The translations under genes were made by a program, and so were the position numbers. The notes below the pieces were generated by a model, which saw nothing but the letters and a program-made list of their open reading frames with translations, made no database searches and was not told where the DNA came from. Positions 14,408-28,017 of a stretch of 64,000 nt of DNA are shown in pieces (the stretch's first letter is position 1; every line of letters begins with the position of its first letter). The stretch lies in assembly GCA_964035545.1 (NCBI GenBank), contig OZ037773.1, positions 1,641,751-1,705,750 of the forward strand, given 5' to 3'. The DNA is from Bugula neritina. Taxonomy: Eukaryota; Animalia; Bryozoa.

Positions 14408-14886
14408 TGTATACTCTCAGTATATAGATAACTTCTTAATATATACTACATTAAATTTATAAGGTTGATTTCACCTTAGTGAGAAAGTCGTTATCAGTAA
14501 AATGTGTTGTTAGGACTCCATAGCAACCACCACACACTTCCTTATTACATGACTTGTATTCAACATGTTTCAGTTCAGAATAGGAACTCCTTAGCTCAGC
14601 TACAGCATCCTGCAAGCAACAACCCATCAAAGTATCTTTTCATAAGATACAGCGACAAAATAACAAATTTTATTACTTTTCAACAAAAAAATTGTAGCTT
14701 ATTGTTTATAAATTTATATTGTCCCAAAGTTGAAAGTTGCTACTTCTTTACCTGACATGACTGCTTGTAAAAGGAGATATTTGTGATTCCAAGATGACGA
14801 CAAACACACCAGAGACACAACTGATCTGTGAGAGACGCCCATAACTCAGACAGTTTTGGTATCACGCCAGTAAACGAAATCAAATC
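9305..14886 (-). CDS. PUS10: tRNA pseudouridine synthase Pus10 (start-codon exon not located)
   Basis: Minus-strand exons 14752-14886, 14475-14609, 13138-13259, 12941-13049, 12509-12570, 11868-12067, 11516-11644, 10956-11145, 10601-10718, 10187-10331, 9854-9960, 9305-9346. Motifs: GRYNKYSRELSQSPW, SSGREDIDVQMLGSGRPF (catalytic Asp), QLTPIRVLHRR, QGGTYIKEFVHSDFGRT, VEWPP*. N-terminal CxxC pairs present. Confidence 0.95.
9409..9558. mobile_element. Fold-back (hairpin) MITE-like element in last PUS10 intron
   Basis: ~60-bp imperfect inverted arms (ctatatgcaactccgagttgggggtgactgag..agaagtttgggatt vs aatcccaaacttct..ctcaatcaccccccaactcagagctgctcatag). Direct repeat ctgtcatgat at 9391 and 9565. 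Confidence 0.65.
10355..10597. repeat. (TAC/TGC)n trinucleotide microsatellite, PUS10 intron
   Basis: Direct reading. It explains the poly-T/L/S ORFs. Confidence 0.95.
12073..12470. repeat. 33-35 bp minisatellite, PUS10 intron
   Basis: Unit cttagagatgtgatcaggcaatactatactcat, about 11 copies. Confidence 0.9.
12585..12905. repeat. ~23-bp AT-rich degenerate minisatellite, PUS10 intron
   Basis: Unit like atagtaatatattatactataac. Confidence 0.8.
13285..14420. repeat. 37-41 bp minisatellite ending in (TA)n, PUS10 intron
   Basis: Unit ttcttattatatatactgtatactctctataaatagctagc repeated for about 1.1 kb. Confidence 0.95.
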
Positions 14887-17800
14887 CTAATAAAATAAAC
14901 AATTAATTAACTTCAAATAGATAGTCATACAAGTGCTCTGAATATACTTATGTGGTGTTTGCCTAAGCTAAAAGAACTAACTAGAACTAACATCAACAGC
15001 AACATAACATTACTTATGACTCATAACTAAAATTAAATGCTCTTTACTTCTAGAAGTAAAGAAAGAATGACAATTATAACAATTGTGATATTTATTATTA
15101 TAAAAGCATATTGATGTTTTAATATTAATAACATAAGATAAACATAAACTTATATACTTATAGACCATAGTTATAATGACATACTAATACTGGAAGGAAA
15201 TAGACCAAAACACACTGTGCCTGAGTATGACAGATACAGGTTGAGCGTTATTAGTTTATCTTTATTATGATTAAATGAAGTATGAGTATTGGTATAGGTG
15301 GTGACACAATCAACTTTATACTCAGTTTTATATTATAAAATGCAACTCATGATCATGATGATTTTAGACACAGTCCTAGTCATGTTAAATGTATAGACAG
15401 TTGATTTCAATGAATTACAATGGTAGTAACCGCAAGATTAATACTTATAGTAATATTGACACTGATAATAATAGATATCTTAAACCGATTATCATAGGAC
15501 CAAGTATAACATACTCATGGTGATTACCTTTATTCATTGTATGTGTTACACTTAATGCAAAACCAGATTCCTTCACCTTAACTTATAGACTTTTATCACT
15601 ATTACTATGTCTAGAGTAATACCAATACTAATAATTATAGCGAATAACAGTTATTGACTTACTCTTATATTGTGATTTATAATCATTATATTAGTAGAAT
15701 GATAATGATAATTATCATAATTGTCACCATAGGCATAAGGTTAAGACTAAGCCTAAGGCATAACTTGAAGGCCTACTATTACTATTAGTATTAGGATTAC
15801 TATTACAGGTATTAATATTAGTAGTTACATGACTGATTACTTACGGTTACTTTTAGCCTTAGGCAATATTATTGCGCTAACCAATATGATATTGGCACAA
15901 TATGATAGTTGCTTATATTGTAAGCTTTTCCCACTTATTATCTCTATATACATACTGTGTTTTATATAATAAAGGATTCAACCTACTAAAGCAGTAAAGG
16001 ATCCACATACTTTTAAATGCCTACAAATTATGACTATACAAATAAGTCACAACAAAACACGCCATTGAGACAGATAATGAGATATTGATTACGATTATCA
16101 TCACCATAAGCCTAGGGCATGGGCATATGACTGAGTCTTATGAGTATGACTATCAGTATCACTATGTCTATCATTACAAGTGCCGGGGATTATGGCAATT
16201 TAAGAATATCAATCCTTAGGATTTCTGATTATCATTAATAGTAATAGTTATAGTAATACTAAGAGTAAATCTAATACTAATAGTAACAGTAATCCTAATA
16301 GCAATACTTATAGTTATACTATTACTACAAGTATAACTTAAACTGTCACTATAACTTAAACTATGAGTATAAAGTTAAACTATGTCTATTGTCAGTTCAG
16401 TGGGACCACTAATACTAATACTAATAGTAGTTCTATTTTAGAAACTAAATTTGAACAGCGACATCAATATCCAGACCACATTGATATTGATATCACTGTT
16501 ACTGTTTCACACACTCACATTCAGTGAATATCAATATTGAATATGAGACAGTCGGTGTCACTGTGAGTGAGTGTTACTGTCAGTGTATGAAACTGAAAGT
16601 GACCGTGAACGCAAAATGAACGGTAAAACTCAAGACGAAAAATCCAAAGCTAGAACTAGACCTAGTACTGTAGTACTCAAGTAGTACTAGTACCAGTAGA
16701 TACTAGATACCTTTTCATTGTGATTACTGATTTACTTTTACACTTTACAGTAACTGTAAAACTTTTAGCGGCAGTGCCAGTTGGATTTTGACAATGCGAG
16801 AATCAATCATTTAAAATTATTACAAGTAGAAGTGATTGTTTATGAATATTGACAACGAGCTGATTAGCTAAATTAAGTAGTATCAGTATGGCTGTATGGG
16901 GAATAATTATAATGTAATAAAATTAAGTTGTACCATTGATCACGCCTTTGTACGCATTAATGATGAAAATGGATTCGGTCTATATGGAAAATTTGCATTG
17001 CCACCGCAATAAAAGGATCCGCAATATTGTTCAAACGGCGCAAGATTCAATGAGTTTAATATAACAATAATTATACAAAATATGAAATTTTCATCGCGCG
17101 ATTATTACGCTAAGGATGACCAATAATAAAATAATTATGATGTTAAATAATAATGACTAATAAACATTGTAATGAAATACATTTATATAAAGTTTCAATG
17201 GTTAAACCTAAGACCAATAAACTAAAACTTCAAGTACATTATTGTTATTTTACAACAGTATTGGATGATTCTAAAGGGTTGATAGATCACACTGAAGCAT
17301 TATAAAACCCCTAGGCTAAGAGCAAGAGATCCAATAGTTCGGAGAAGTTGCAGCTGAAGTTGTTACCCCATGCAAATGCCTTGCACATTGCGAAAATGAG
17401 AAAACCTCATTTTGATTTTGATTAACTTCTAGTTTTGCACACTCAAAAGCTTCATTGTATTAACTTAATTTGTTAACTCAGTTTCATGGTTTAGAGCTTT
17501 ATCAAATAGTGACAATTTCTTTTTTATAGTACAAAAGCGTAACTTCCATGACCATTGGTGCTTTTAGAATATTGTTATAATAATAATATTAATTATATTT
17601 ATTCTATTCACTATTAGTATTACTATAAGATTAAGTATAACATTAACTATTGTTTATGTAGAACTTTAACTTGACTAGAACTAGCACTACTAGTACTAGT
17701 ACTACTAGTACTAGTACTACTAGTACTACTACTAGTAGTACTAGTACTAGTTATAGTAGTACTATTACGTCTACTGTACTAGTACTAGAAGTATAAATCT

Positions 17801-18405
17801 AGATCAATATGAATATGAATATCAATAGCTGAATTACTATTACTATTAGTATTAGTGAATAACTACATAAGATTAAGTCTAAGTGAATATCATAATCAAT
17901 ATGAATATGAGTATCAAATTTAATATGATCCTGAGGATGGCTTATACTCATACTCATAGTCATAGATTTACTACTACTGCTACTGCCACTACCACTACTA
18001 CTACTAGTACTGGTATTTAATTTTATACTTTATACTCATTAATCATAATTTATAGTTATGTTCATGTTGCAGCTACTACTACTACTGCTAGTACTAGTAC
18101 TAGTCTAATGTACTACTACTAGTACTACTGCTAGTGCTACTACTACCACTACTACTAGAAGTACAGTTAAAGTAAAACTAGAAGTCCTCATAGACGAATA
18201 AATATTGATAATGATAATCATATGGATAATTAAATTTAATAAATATGAATATCATAATCATTATGATAGTAATTATGATTATCGTAATGATTATTTAGTT
18301 ATGGAATTATAAATGATTATTATTGTAATATGTAATAAGATTAAGAATAGTAGACTTATATATTTATAATATCATATTCAAATTAATATTGGTATTACAG
18401 TTGAT

Positions 18406-19176
18406 CGGGTGCAGGTCGTTTCGTATGCAAGTCGTTTCATAGTTCGTATCCACATTTTCAGGTTGTTTCATACACCAATATAATTGACCTAAATACATCT
18501 TTTCTAATATTTATTTATTATTTGTTGTATGGATAATACAGCACTGCTCAAAAGTAACTTGCACTTTTCATTTCGAATGATCGGACGCCCTAATCCCATT
18601 TTCGGACGTCCGAATTCGGAGGGAATATTCTAGAATTCGGACAGTGTTGGAATTCTAGAGTATAAAAGGGCGGGCTCGTCGGCATAGATTCAGTCTACTG
18701 CTGGAGCTCAAAGGGAACACTGCCTATATAGTATATACAGACTACTATACTTTTTCTTGGAAGCATGCCAATGAAGACATTTTACACTTGGAATTGACTT
18801 CTCTTTTTTACAGAGTTATGTTCTCTAGTTAATATTCTTACAAACCCACAATTTATCACAGTATGTAGATGTTAGGGGGAACTACTCTTTTGGTTTAGAT
18901 ATTTTTATCAGTAGATGGCAGCATAAATCTAAAATAAATATTACCTCATTTATTATAATAGTTATAGATATTAGATTAATATAAAATATCGATCATTAAG
19001 CGACATGAGAGGTGTCAAATATACATGTTTAGGTGTAATAAATAGGTAAACTAGTATCATTCAAGTGGTTATCTAGTGGATTAATTTATTATTCATTTTG
19101 TGTACGAAATGGACCGCGATTGTGTACAAAACGACTGGTGTACGGAATGACTTGTGTACGAAGCGACAGCAACACG
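18406..19176. mobile_element. Non-autonomous DNA transposon with subterminal repeats
   Basis: Left cgggtgcaggtcgtttcgtatgcaagtcgtttc vs right (reverse complement) cgtgttgctgtcgcttcgtacacaagtcattcc. Flanks gttgat/tttgat are a possible 6-bp TSD. Confidence 0.6.
18523..18842 (+). mobile_element. Solo-LTR-like segment with HSE and TATA box nested in the DNA transposon
   Basis: Begins TG (tgttgtatgg) and plausibly ends CA. GC-richer than flanks. gGAAtaTTCtaGAAt at 18622-18636, TATAAAAGGG at 18661. No clean TSD seen. Confidence 0.4.
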
Positions 19177-20161
19177 TTTGATCACGATGATATACTTATA
19201 GTTCTTACATATGATTGGGATTATTTCTCAGACTTGAAGTTAATGTAATAGCAATACTAATATTAATTAGTCAGTAGTAATAGTAATAGTTTGTTACTTA
19301 TTACATGTTTTTATACTTATAGACTATAGAGTACAGTTAATGTTGTTACTATCAGGATTAGTTATGCTTGAAGTTGATAAAAAAACAATAAAACATGAAC
19401 TTAATTAAAATAATAATAATAGTTCATGTTATAGTATTAAACTTGATAAAATTAAATATGATCTCATTAGTTACTAGTATTACTTATTACAATGTTTATT
19501 AGTTTATTGGCTATTTAGTATTTATTGTTCTAAGTTGACTATTAAATTTTAAATATTAATTTTAAACATATTTAAACTTTAATAGTTATCATAAATAGTA
19601 AAACAATAACAATTTGAGTTGTTAATAATTTTCAATTTCAATTTGTCTTTGTTTCTTTCAAGTCTAAGGACAAAGGGTGTATTTCAAATAGCGTTTCAGC
19701 GTTGCCGCTACTATTTAGACAGTTGGAATTGTAGTTATAATTATTTCCTTTAGTTAGTAGTTCAAAATAATGTTATGAATTGTAATTTAATCGAATTTAA
19801 ATATGGTTAACTAATAGATATAATAGTAAGAGTGCTTGTTGATGTACAGCTGGCTTTTTTAAGAGCGCCTATTTTAACAGACAATGCTAAGTTATACTGA
19901 GCATTCATATTAAATTGTTGAAAATATTTTAGGTCAAGACTTTAGTTATAAAATTTTAAACTAGAAATTGTTTCTCAAAGCAAATTATTGTTAGAAGATC
20001 TCCTAAAATTTTGGCTCAATGACTCTATAAGCCATTACTCTAGTGATGGCTCATAGGATTGTGTGGTTAGGTTAAAAGCTCAGGAAATTATTTTAATATC
20101 TTTTTTAAAATGCTTTTAGTCTTGGATTTCAAATTGAATACTGCACATTTCTCTGGCCAGC

Positions 20162-23100
20162 ATGAGTGGCAATGGCTACTATGGCCGTGACATGAGAGGT
20201 GGTCCAGGATATAGGCCGCCTCCCCCTCATCTGGAATATAGACGACACCCTCCCTTTGATGAAATACCTCCTAGTAGATGTAAGTCGATAACTGATGCCA
20301 ATATTACCGGTTATTCTCAACTTCTGCCGTTTTGTTGTTTCTCTTTCTGGAGTCATTACCATTTGCTAGAATAATTTGTTTTTCAATAGTTGATTAGTAG
20401 TATTTGTTAATACTTTCATTTGTTCAAACAATTTGGGAAAATATGTAGATTGTATTTACCCTGTATTTGTTCTACTGCAGCCTTACGAGCTGATCCTTAC
20501 ATGCGAGATAGAGTATCTCATCATCCTTTGGATAGAAGGGACCTTCCTGGTGATTTTCTTCTCAGGCGGCCAGATCCTGAGTCCCCTCACTTGAGGAGAG
20601 GAGAGCCTTCTCCCCTTCACCCTAGAGGCATGGTTGAATCACCTTACTTTCGAGGGCCAAATGAGCCACCTCATCATAGAGAAGCATTTGGTCCTGCTCA
20701 CCTTAGGGAAGGCAATGAACTCCCCCATGATCTGTATGCTCGTGGTCAAGATTACAGACCACATGCTCACCAAGCCTATGATTCGGTTCCAAATGTAGAA
20801 ACTGCCTCTCTTTCACAGGTCAGTTATTAGACACTTGGTTCTCAGAATACATTTTAACGTTTGTTTTTATGCTTCAGTAGACCCGAGTTTCATTTTTTGA
20901 AAGTGAGAATATAATTATTGGGTGTTTTCAGATTCCAGTTGATCTAGACCAATTGAGAACTACGTTGGGAGGGCAACTCGGTACTCTCCTGCCTAAAGGC
21001 ATTGGCCTAAAGTCTGGTGATGACCAGCGGGAAGACTCAAGAAATCAGTTTAGACCACAAGCTGATAGATATGATTCTTCAGTCAGGCCATTGTCTCACC
21101 ATGATAATAAATTACCAGCAAGTTATCGGCAGTTGAACAATCAGTTTTCTCAAAATGAACATGAGTACGAAGACCGGGACTCAACTGGTAGAAGTCGCAG
21201 AGACTCTAGAGAGAGTGAGTTGAGTGAGGACAACTCCCACAAGTATAGAAGGTCTCAAGATTCTCTTGAAAGACCGCCTCTTTTCGCAGCTGCTGTCAGC
21301 AGTGATGTCGCACCAAAGTCCATCTTGAAGAAATCGATTCTAAAGAAAGTGGATCCGGTACAGGAGCCTCGCACTGTGCCAGGTGGTGCCATCTTGCGTT
21401 CTGTTGAAAGCTGTTTTTTAAAAGTTGAAAGAAGAATCGGATTTTGTTTAAAATTGAGCATTCCTTTGGTTGTTATTTATAGAACTGCATTTATATGAAT
21501 ATTGTTGGGTTGTCAGTGATTTGTATGATGGTTTACGCACAGACCCTATTGATGAGGATGATTTCCTATATGGGAGTAGCAGCAATACTCAAGTAGAACA
21601 GCCCTCATTGGCCCAGCCTGCTTTAAAACCGAAATTTGATGAGAAACCTGATGCGCAAAAGATCATATCGAATCCAGCTTTTACAGCACTGCTTAAAAGT
21701 ATTGGGTTAGATGATATCAATATGGCTCAAAAGATCAAGGTATTATTTTAGCAGTTTCTTCTGAAATAAGTTTTTAAATATTTATGCAGACAGAACATGA
21801 TCTCTCTTGACCCATAAGTATTTTTATGATTCCACTTATTGAGTAACAATCTCTTGATAATACCAAAACATACATTCAGTTCCTAAATGGAAATTTGCCA
21901 GAGGTTGAGGTTCACGCTGTATTGTCACTGAGAATATCTGTTTCCAAAATAATTGTTTTTCATGCCTTTACTTTTGTTTCCGTGGAATATGCCATGATAA
22001 TATCCCTATAATATGTGTATCAGGAAAGACAGCAACAAGATGAACCAAAAGCTAGTAATTTAAAAAACAAACAAGCTAGTCGAGATAACCAGGCATTTGG
22101 TATTGACCAAACTGCATCTTTTTTATCCTCCGGGGGTGGCGTGGTTTTAGATGACCTACTAAAATTGAAGCGGCCTAATGAATTGCGACCAAACAGTGGT
22201 AAGGATTTATACTATTGTATTTAGGTGTGTAAATAATCCGATTAAAATTCGTTATGCTTATTATGTTTCAGTTTTATTCTCGAAATGATGATGCTTATAA
22301 CGTTGTAGAAATTGACAAAGAAAGTAAAAATGGTCAAAGTATGCAGCCTAGAGAAAATAAACCTTTTAGCCATTCAGGAGTTGCTCAGCAGATTGAGGAT
22401 AGCTCAAGTCATAGGACAACTCAAGGTGGCCGATCACCCCCTCGAAAGCGCAGCAGATCACCCCCTCGAAAGCGCAGCAGGTCCCCTCGAAGAAAGCGAA
22501 GCCGATCTCCACCTAGAAACCGAAGCAGATCGCCTCCTAGAAAGCGCAGCCGATCGCCTCCTAGAAACCGAAGCCGGTCTCCTCGCAGAAAGCGATCAAG
22601 ATCTCCAGGCAAAAGGCGCTCTAGAACACCCCCTGGTGATAAAAAAAGAGGGCGATTTTCTCCAAAAAAGCACACCTCTCATTCTCCCATGAAAAATGCT
22701 GAAAAGCAAGATCAGCATATGGCAAGAGAAACAGATGTTGACCATAATAATTTGGGTAGTAGATGGAAGCGAGTACCATCTCCTAAATCTAAGTCTCCCT
22801 TGAATAATACCAGGTTTGCTTGTCTAGTGATTCAGTAGCCTATCAAGTCTCAATGCTTTCACTGATTAACTCAATGGTTTGTTTGTTGCACTAGTAATAA
22901 TGTTTTTGTGTTTTCCTAACTCAAGGGGCTATTCACCAGATGGGCCAGTAGATTCACTGGGTAGAAGATTTGATGCCAGGTCTCATTCGACAGAAAGCTT
23001 TGTCAAGCAAAATTATCAGAATCAATCGCCTCCTGCTAAAGTCGGTAAAACGGAGGATAGTTTACAGGATTTGATCAGTAGGATTCCTGGTGACGCGAAG

Positions 23101-26100
23101 CTGACGCGAGCTCAGTTTGAAGAGCTAATGCGCGTACATCAGGCTTCCTCCGCCAAGCGAACGGCCAGTTTAGATAACTCTCCAAAGTATTCAATGAATT
23201 CTGGGATGCTTCGACAAAGGTCTCGGTCTCCATCCGAGATTTCGGGTGTTCTTAGAGGTAAAATCTTCTCTGATTGTGTGTTTGTTGTACTCACTTTAAT
23301 AGAGTGTAAGTTGTTGGGAAATCTGTGCCATATTGTAAAACTTGATCAAAACTATAATCAACTTTAATCTTTAGCGTGTGGAATGGCTCGATTATTGAGG
23401 TGACCAACTGTTCTATTTGGGTTAATTTTGTAGCCTGATCAAGCGGTTTTACTTTCTTTGTTTGCAGGCAGTAGTGAGAGAGAACGGTTAAACTCATACC
23501 ATGACAAGCGGTTAGATAGCCCGAATTTGACCAGGTATATTACATTCATAGTTTTTTTATGATCATAAATTTTACAATTAAATGAATTACTATTTAAATT
23601 TATCAAACTTTTTATGCAAAGCATCCTAAACCTTACTCTGCTGTTGCTGTATTCTAAAAAGTTTTAATAACCATATTTAAAGTATATTATATATATTTTT
23701 GTTTTCTTGTATTTTACCTCTACTAGAATTTATATTTAAGCTAAAATCATTCCGGGTGTTTGCTTATAATAAATATGTTTGTTGATAATCAATGATTTCA
23801 AACATGTAAATACGTTTTATTAAAATATTGCGTTTATAATTTTATTTAAAAGGAAAAGTGATTGACCTGAAACATTTTATGAAAACTGAAGTAATTTGGC
23901 TGACTTTCTACCATGTCATTTCTAGTTCACTGTTGGAGGCTTTAATTTGACATTTGACATTTCAATTTAACTTATTTTTGTGCCTTCGCTGCTCAGGTTT
24001 TTACGTACAAGCATAGCGTTTAGCGTTGAGTTAGCTTTACTAAGCTGTTATCCGGACCACTTCAGTCTTTGTATCTGTTCAAATTGCGCTCTACTCGACT
24101 TTATTGAATTTCATTTTTGTCGGCTTTCAGTATTTTTTCCTTTTAAATATCATAAAACATAATGCTGCTTAGCTATAATTTCTTGTAACCATCTTGGATT
24201 GCGCCACGAGTTCAGCGTCGTCGCATGCGTTGTGCAATAATTCTATGCGCCTTCAACAGAGAGAGGCCTGATACCAACTGCATTGGCTGTACAGATCATA
24301 GTGAAGCACTCTAGCTCATGCCTCCTATCTTCTAAGGATTTCTCAAGATTTATTATAGTTTGATGGTTTATTTGTAGACTCTATGGTTTTTTTTTGAATT
24401 TCAAGTTTATTTGTATGATGGATCAGAAATATTTTTTAATAGTTGTTAATATAATTTCTTCTTTTCGAATAAATTTTAAAACTTGAGTGGTCTTATTTAT
24501 ATTCCTTTGCATGATTATGACAATATGGTGAGATTAATTTTGTATACATCGAGAATATTGATGACTTTAAAAATCGTTTCCAGCTATATAATAACGTAAA
24601 GAGTTTGTCAGCATGTGATGCATGCGCTATGGTCATGTTAATCAACGAGAGAAATAAATATACATTGTGCACCTTGTTGCCTATAGAATATCAATGTTGG
24701 CTAACTGTGAGAAATCTTATTGTTCTGCAGAATGATAATTTACTTGTGGTGTATTGTAGAGATGCTTTTCGTGAAAGTGAAGATTTTAAAAATTTCAAGT
24801 TGGTAGTCAGAACTGACAGTTCAACAACTAGAACTAAGCGCGGTGAGTTTTGTGTTGACACAAAATAGTTTGATTAGACAATTTTCGTGATGTCACACGT
24901 AGCATTTACTGTTGAAGTTCTGTTCTAGTTGAGTATTAAGATTGCAAGGGCTTTTTCACTCTCTTCTATATGAGCACAGTTTTATAAGTTGCTTGTGACT
25001 TGACTTGACTGGAGTGTAATGGGTCTTTTGTATGCATACAACAGGAAATCAATTTTAGTCTTTAAATTACAATATTTGTTGGAAATAAGTTACAAAGATC
25101 TCCAAATCCCATGCTGCCCCCTGCGTAGTACTAACCTCTCCCTCTGTTTGCCTTTTAGTGATGGATGATGATTTACTTGACCCCAAAGCGCAGTTGGATT
25201 CACGCCCTAAAGGTGAAGGTCAAGACATGTCCAGTGAGAGACGAGTTATTCGTAGAGTGGGAGCTTTGGGGAGTTCAACATTAGAGAAACATAGCATGGA
25301 GACAGACAAGGAGAAATATCTGAGAGGTGAGAACTTATGAAAGAGCATGGGATTATGTAGTTGGCAGTGCACTACCCACAATGCCCTGTACTGCTAACAA
25401 TACACTACCCACAATGCCCTGTGCTGCTAACAATGCACTACCCACAATGCCCTGTGCTGCTAGCAATACACTACCCACAATGCCCTGTGTTGCTAGCAAT
25501 ACACTACCCACAATGCCCTGATCTATTTCCTGTTGCAGAGTTAGAGCATGCCGAGATACTAAAGGCATTTGGTTCAGAGCCCCTCTTGACACGACTCACC
25601 AAACAAGAAATATTCAACATCCAGCAGATAATAGAGTTTAACAAGACTAAACTATTGGTACAGAGTATTCATTATTCTAGTTTCACTTTAACCTAGTTCA
25701 TCTTTAAACTGGCTTCACTTTAATGTGGCTTCACTTTCATATCCTTTCACTTCAATGCATTTTCATGCAGTTTGACTTTAACCTGGTTCCTATTGAGACT
25801 GGTTTCACTTAAATGTTGTATCTCTTTTATGTAGTCTCACTTTCACGTAGCCTTACTTTCATATCCTTTCACTTTAATGCATTTTCATTTAGTTTGCCTT
25901 TAACCTGGTTCCTATTTAAACTGGTTTTCACTTTCACGGTTTCACTTTTATGCAGTTTCACTTTGACTCTCTCGGGTAGCAGCAAGCTGTACATTTATCT
26001 GTCTGTGTCGTCTGCAGAAGTCGGAGAAGCAGCTTCTCATGCTGCAGGATAACCAGAGTGACGTGATGAAGAATCTGAAGAATGCGAGTGTGGGGGAACA

Positions 26101-27972
26101 GTACCACCTTGATAAGACTCTTGGTCAGAACATCAGGCTACAAAATGAGATCACCACCGAGATTAAGGTGTGTGATGCTATTGGTAGATAGTGTGGTGTA
26201 GCAATGCTGCTCCTATTATACTAAATGTTATTGTATAGGGTGGCGTAGCAACACTGCTCCTCCTAATTTACTTAGTGTTATTGCACAGTGTTGTTTGCTG
26301 GCAGGACCTGAAGAAGCTCATCAGAGACGATGAAATGAGACTGGAGGAACAGACTGACCAGGAGAGAAAGTTGCGAGAAATCACAAAAAAGAAGTTAGCG
26401 GCTGCTAAGGCTATGGAGAAGTCGGGTGGTCTAGTCGTTAAGGAAGAGTCGCCCCCTCCTGAGAAGCAGGTAACTAGTAGGTGCTGAATCTAGTCTCCAG
26501 GGTATGTCACATGACTAGTTACTATCTCACATGACTAGTTACTATGTCACATGACTACTGAGTATGTCACATGACTACTGAGTATGTCACATGACTAGTT
26601 ACTATCTCACATGACTAGTTACTATGTCACATGACTACTGAGTATGTCACATGACTAGTTACTATCTCACAGGACTACTGAGTATGTCACATGACTACTG
26701 AGTATGTCACATAACTAATGAGTATGTCACATGGCTACTGAGTATGTCACATGACTAGTGAGTATGTCATATGACTACTGAGTATGTCACATGACTACTG
26801 AGTATGTCACATAACTACTGAGTGTGTCCCATGGCTACTGAGTATGTCACATGACTACTGAGTATGTCACATGACTAGTTACTATCTCACAGGACTACTG
26901 AGTATGTCACATGACTACTGAGTATGTCACATGACTACTGAGTATGTCACATGGCTACTGAGTATGTCACATGACTACTGAGTATGTCACATGACTACTG
27001 AGTATGTCACATAACTACTGAGTGTGTCCCATGGCTACTGAGTATGTCACATGACTACTGAGTATGTCACATGACTAGTTACTATCTCACAGGACTACTG
27101 AGTATGTCACATGACTACTGAGTATGTCACATGACTACTGAGTATGTCACATGGCTACTGAGTATGTCACATGACTACTGAGTATGTCACATGACTACTG
27201 AGTATGTCACATGGCTACTGAGTATGTCACATGACTAGTGAGTATGTCATATGACTACTGAGTATGTCCCATGACTACTGAGTATGTCACATGACTACTG
27301 AGTATGTCACATGGCTACTGAGTATGTCACATGACTACTGAGTATGTCACATGACTACTGAGTATGTCACATGGCTACTGAGTATGTCACATGACTAGTG
27401 AGTATGTCATATGACTACTGAGTATGTCACATGACTACTGAGTATGTCCCATGACTACTGAGTATGTCACATGACTACTGAGTGTGTCCCATGGCTACTG
27501 AGTATGTCACATGACTACTGAGTATGTCACATGACTAGTGAGTATGTCATATGACTACTGAGTATGTCACATGACTAGTTACTATCTCACAGGACTACTG
27601 AGTATGTCACATGACTACTGAGTATGTCACATAACTACTGAGTGTGTCCCATGGCTACTGAGTATGTCACATGACTAGTGAGTATGCTATATGACTTGCA
27701 AGTGTTCCTCTTTCAGGACAGGAAATACCGCCGAGCTATTGAAGACAAGCTGATGGGCAGGAAGTCAAAGGAGCAGCTGGCGGAAGAGGCAGCCAATAAG
27801 GAAGCTGTTGGTAAAGGTCTGATGAGTCAGCCAGGCACCAGTGTGGTGGAGTACTATGATCCAGGCACTCACTGGTGCAAGTCCTGCAACTTCGTGGCAT
27901 TCAAATTGTATGGCTATTTGGAGCATCTTCAGACCAGCAGTCATATGAAGGTATGGCTGTAGTGTTTGTGTT

Positions 27973-28017
<45 letters not shown>

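Noticed and set aside
26503-27685. CRISPR-like regular array (also 29000-29624, 36320-36605)
   Set aside because: Units are contiguous with no unique spacers, lie in eukaryotic intron or intergenic DNA, and there are no cas genes: minisatellites.
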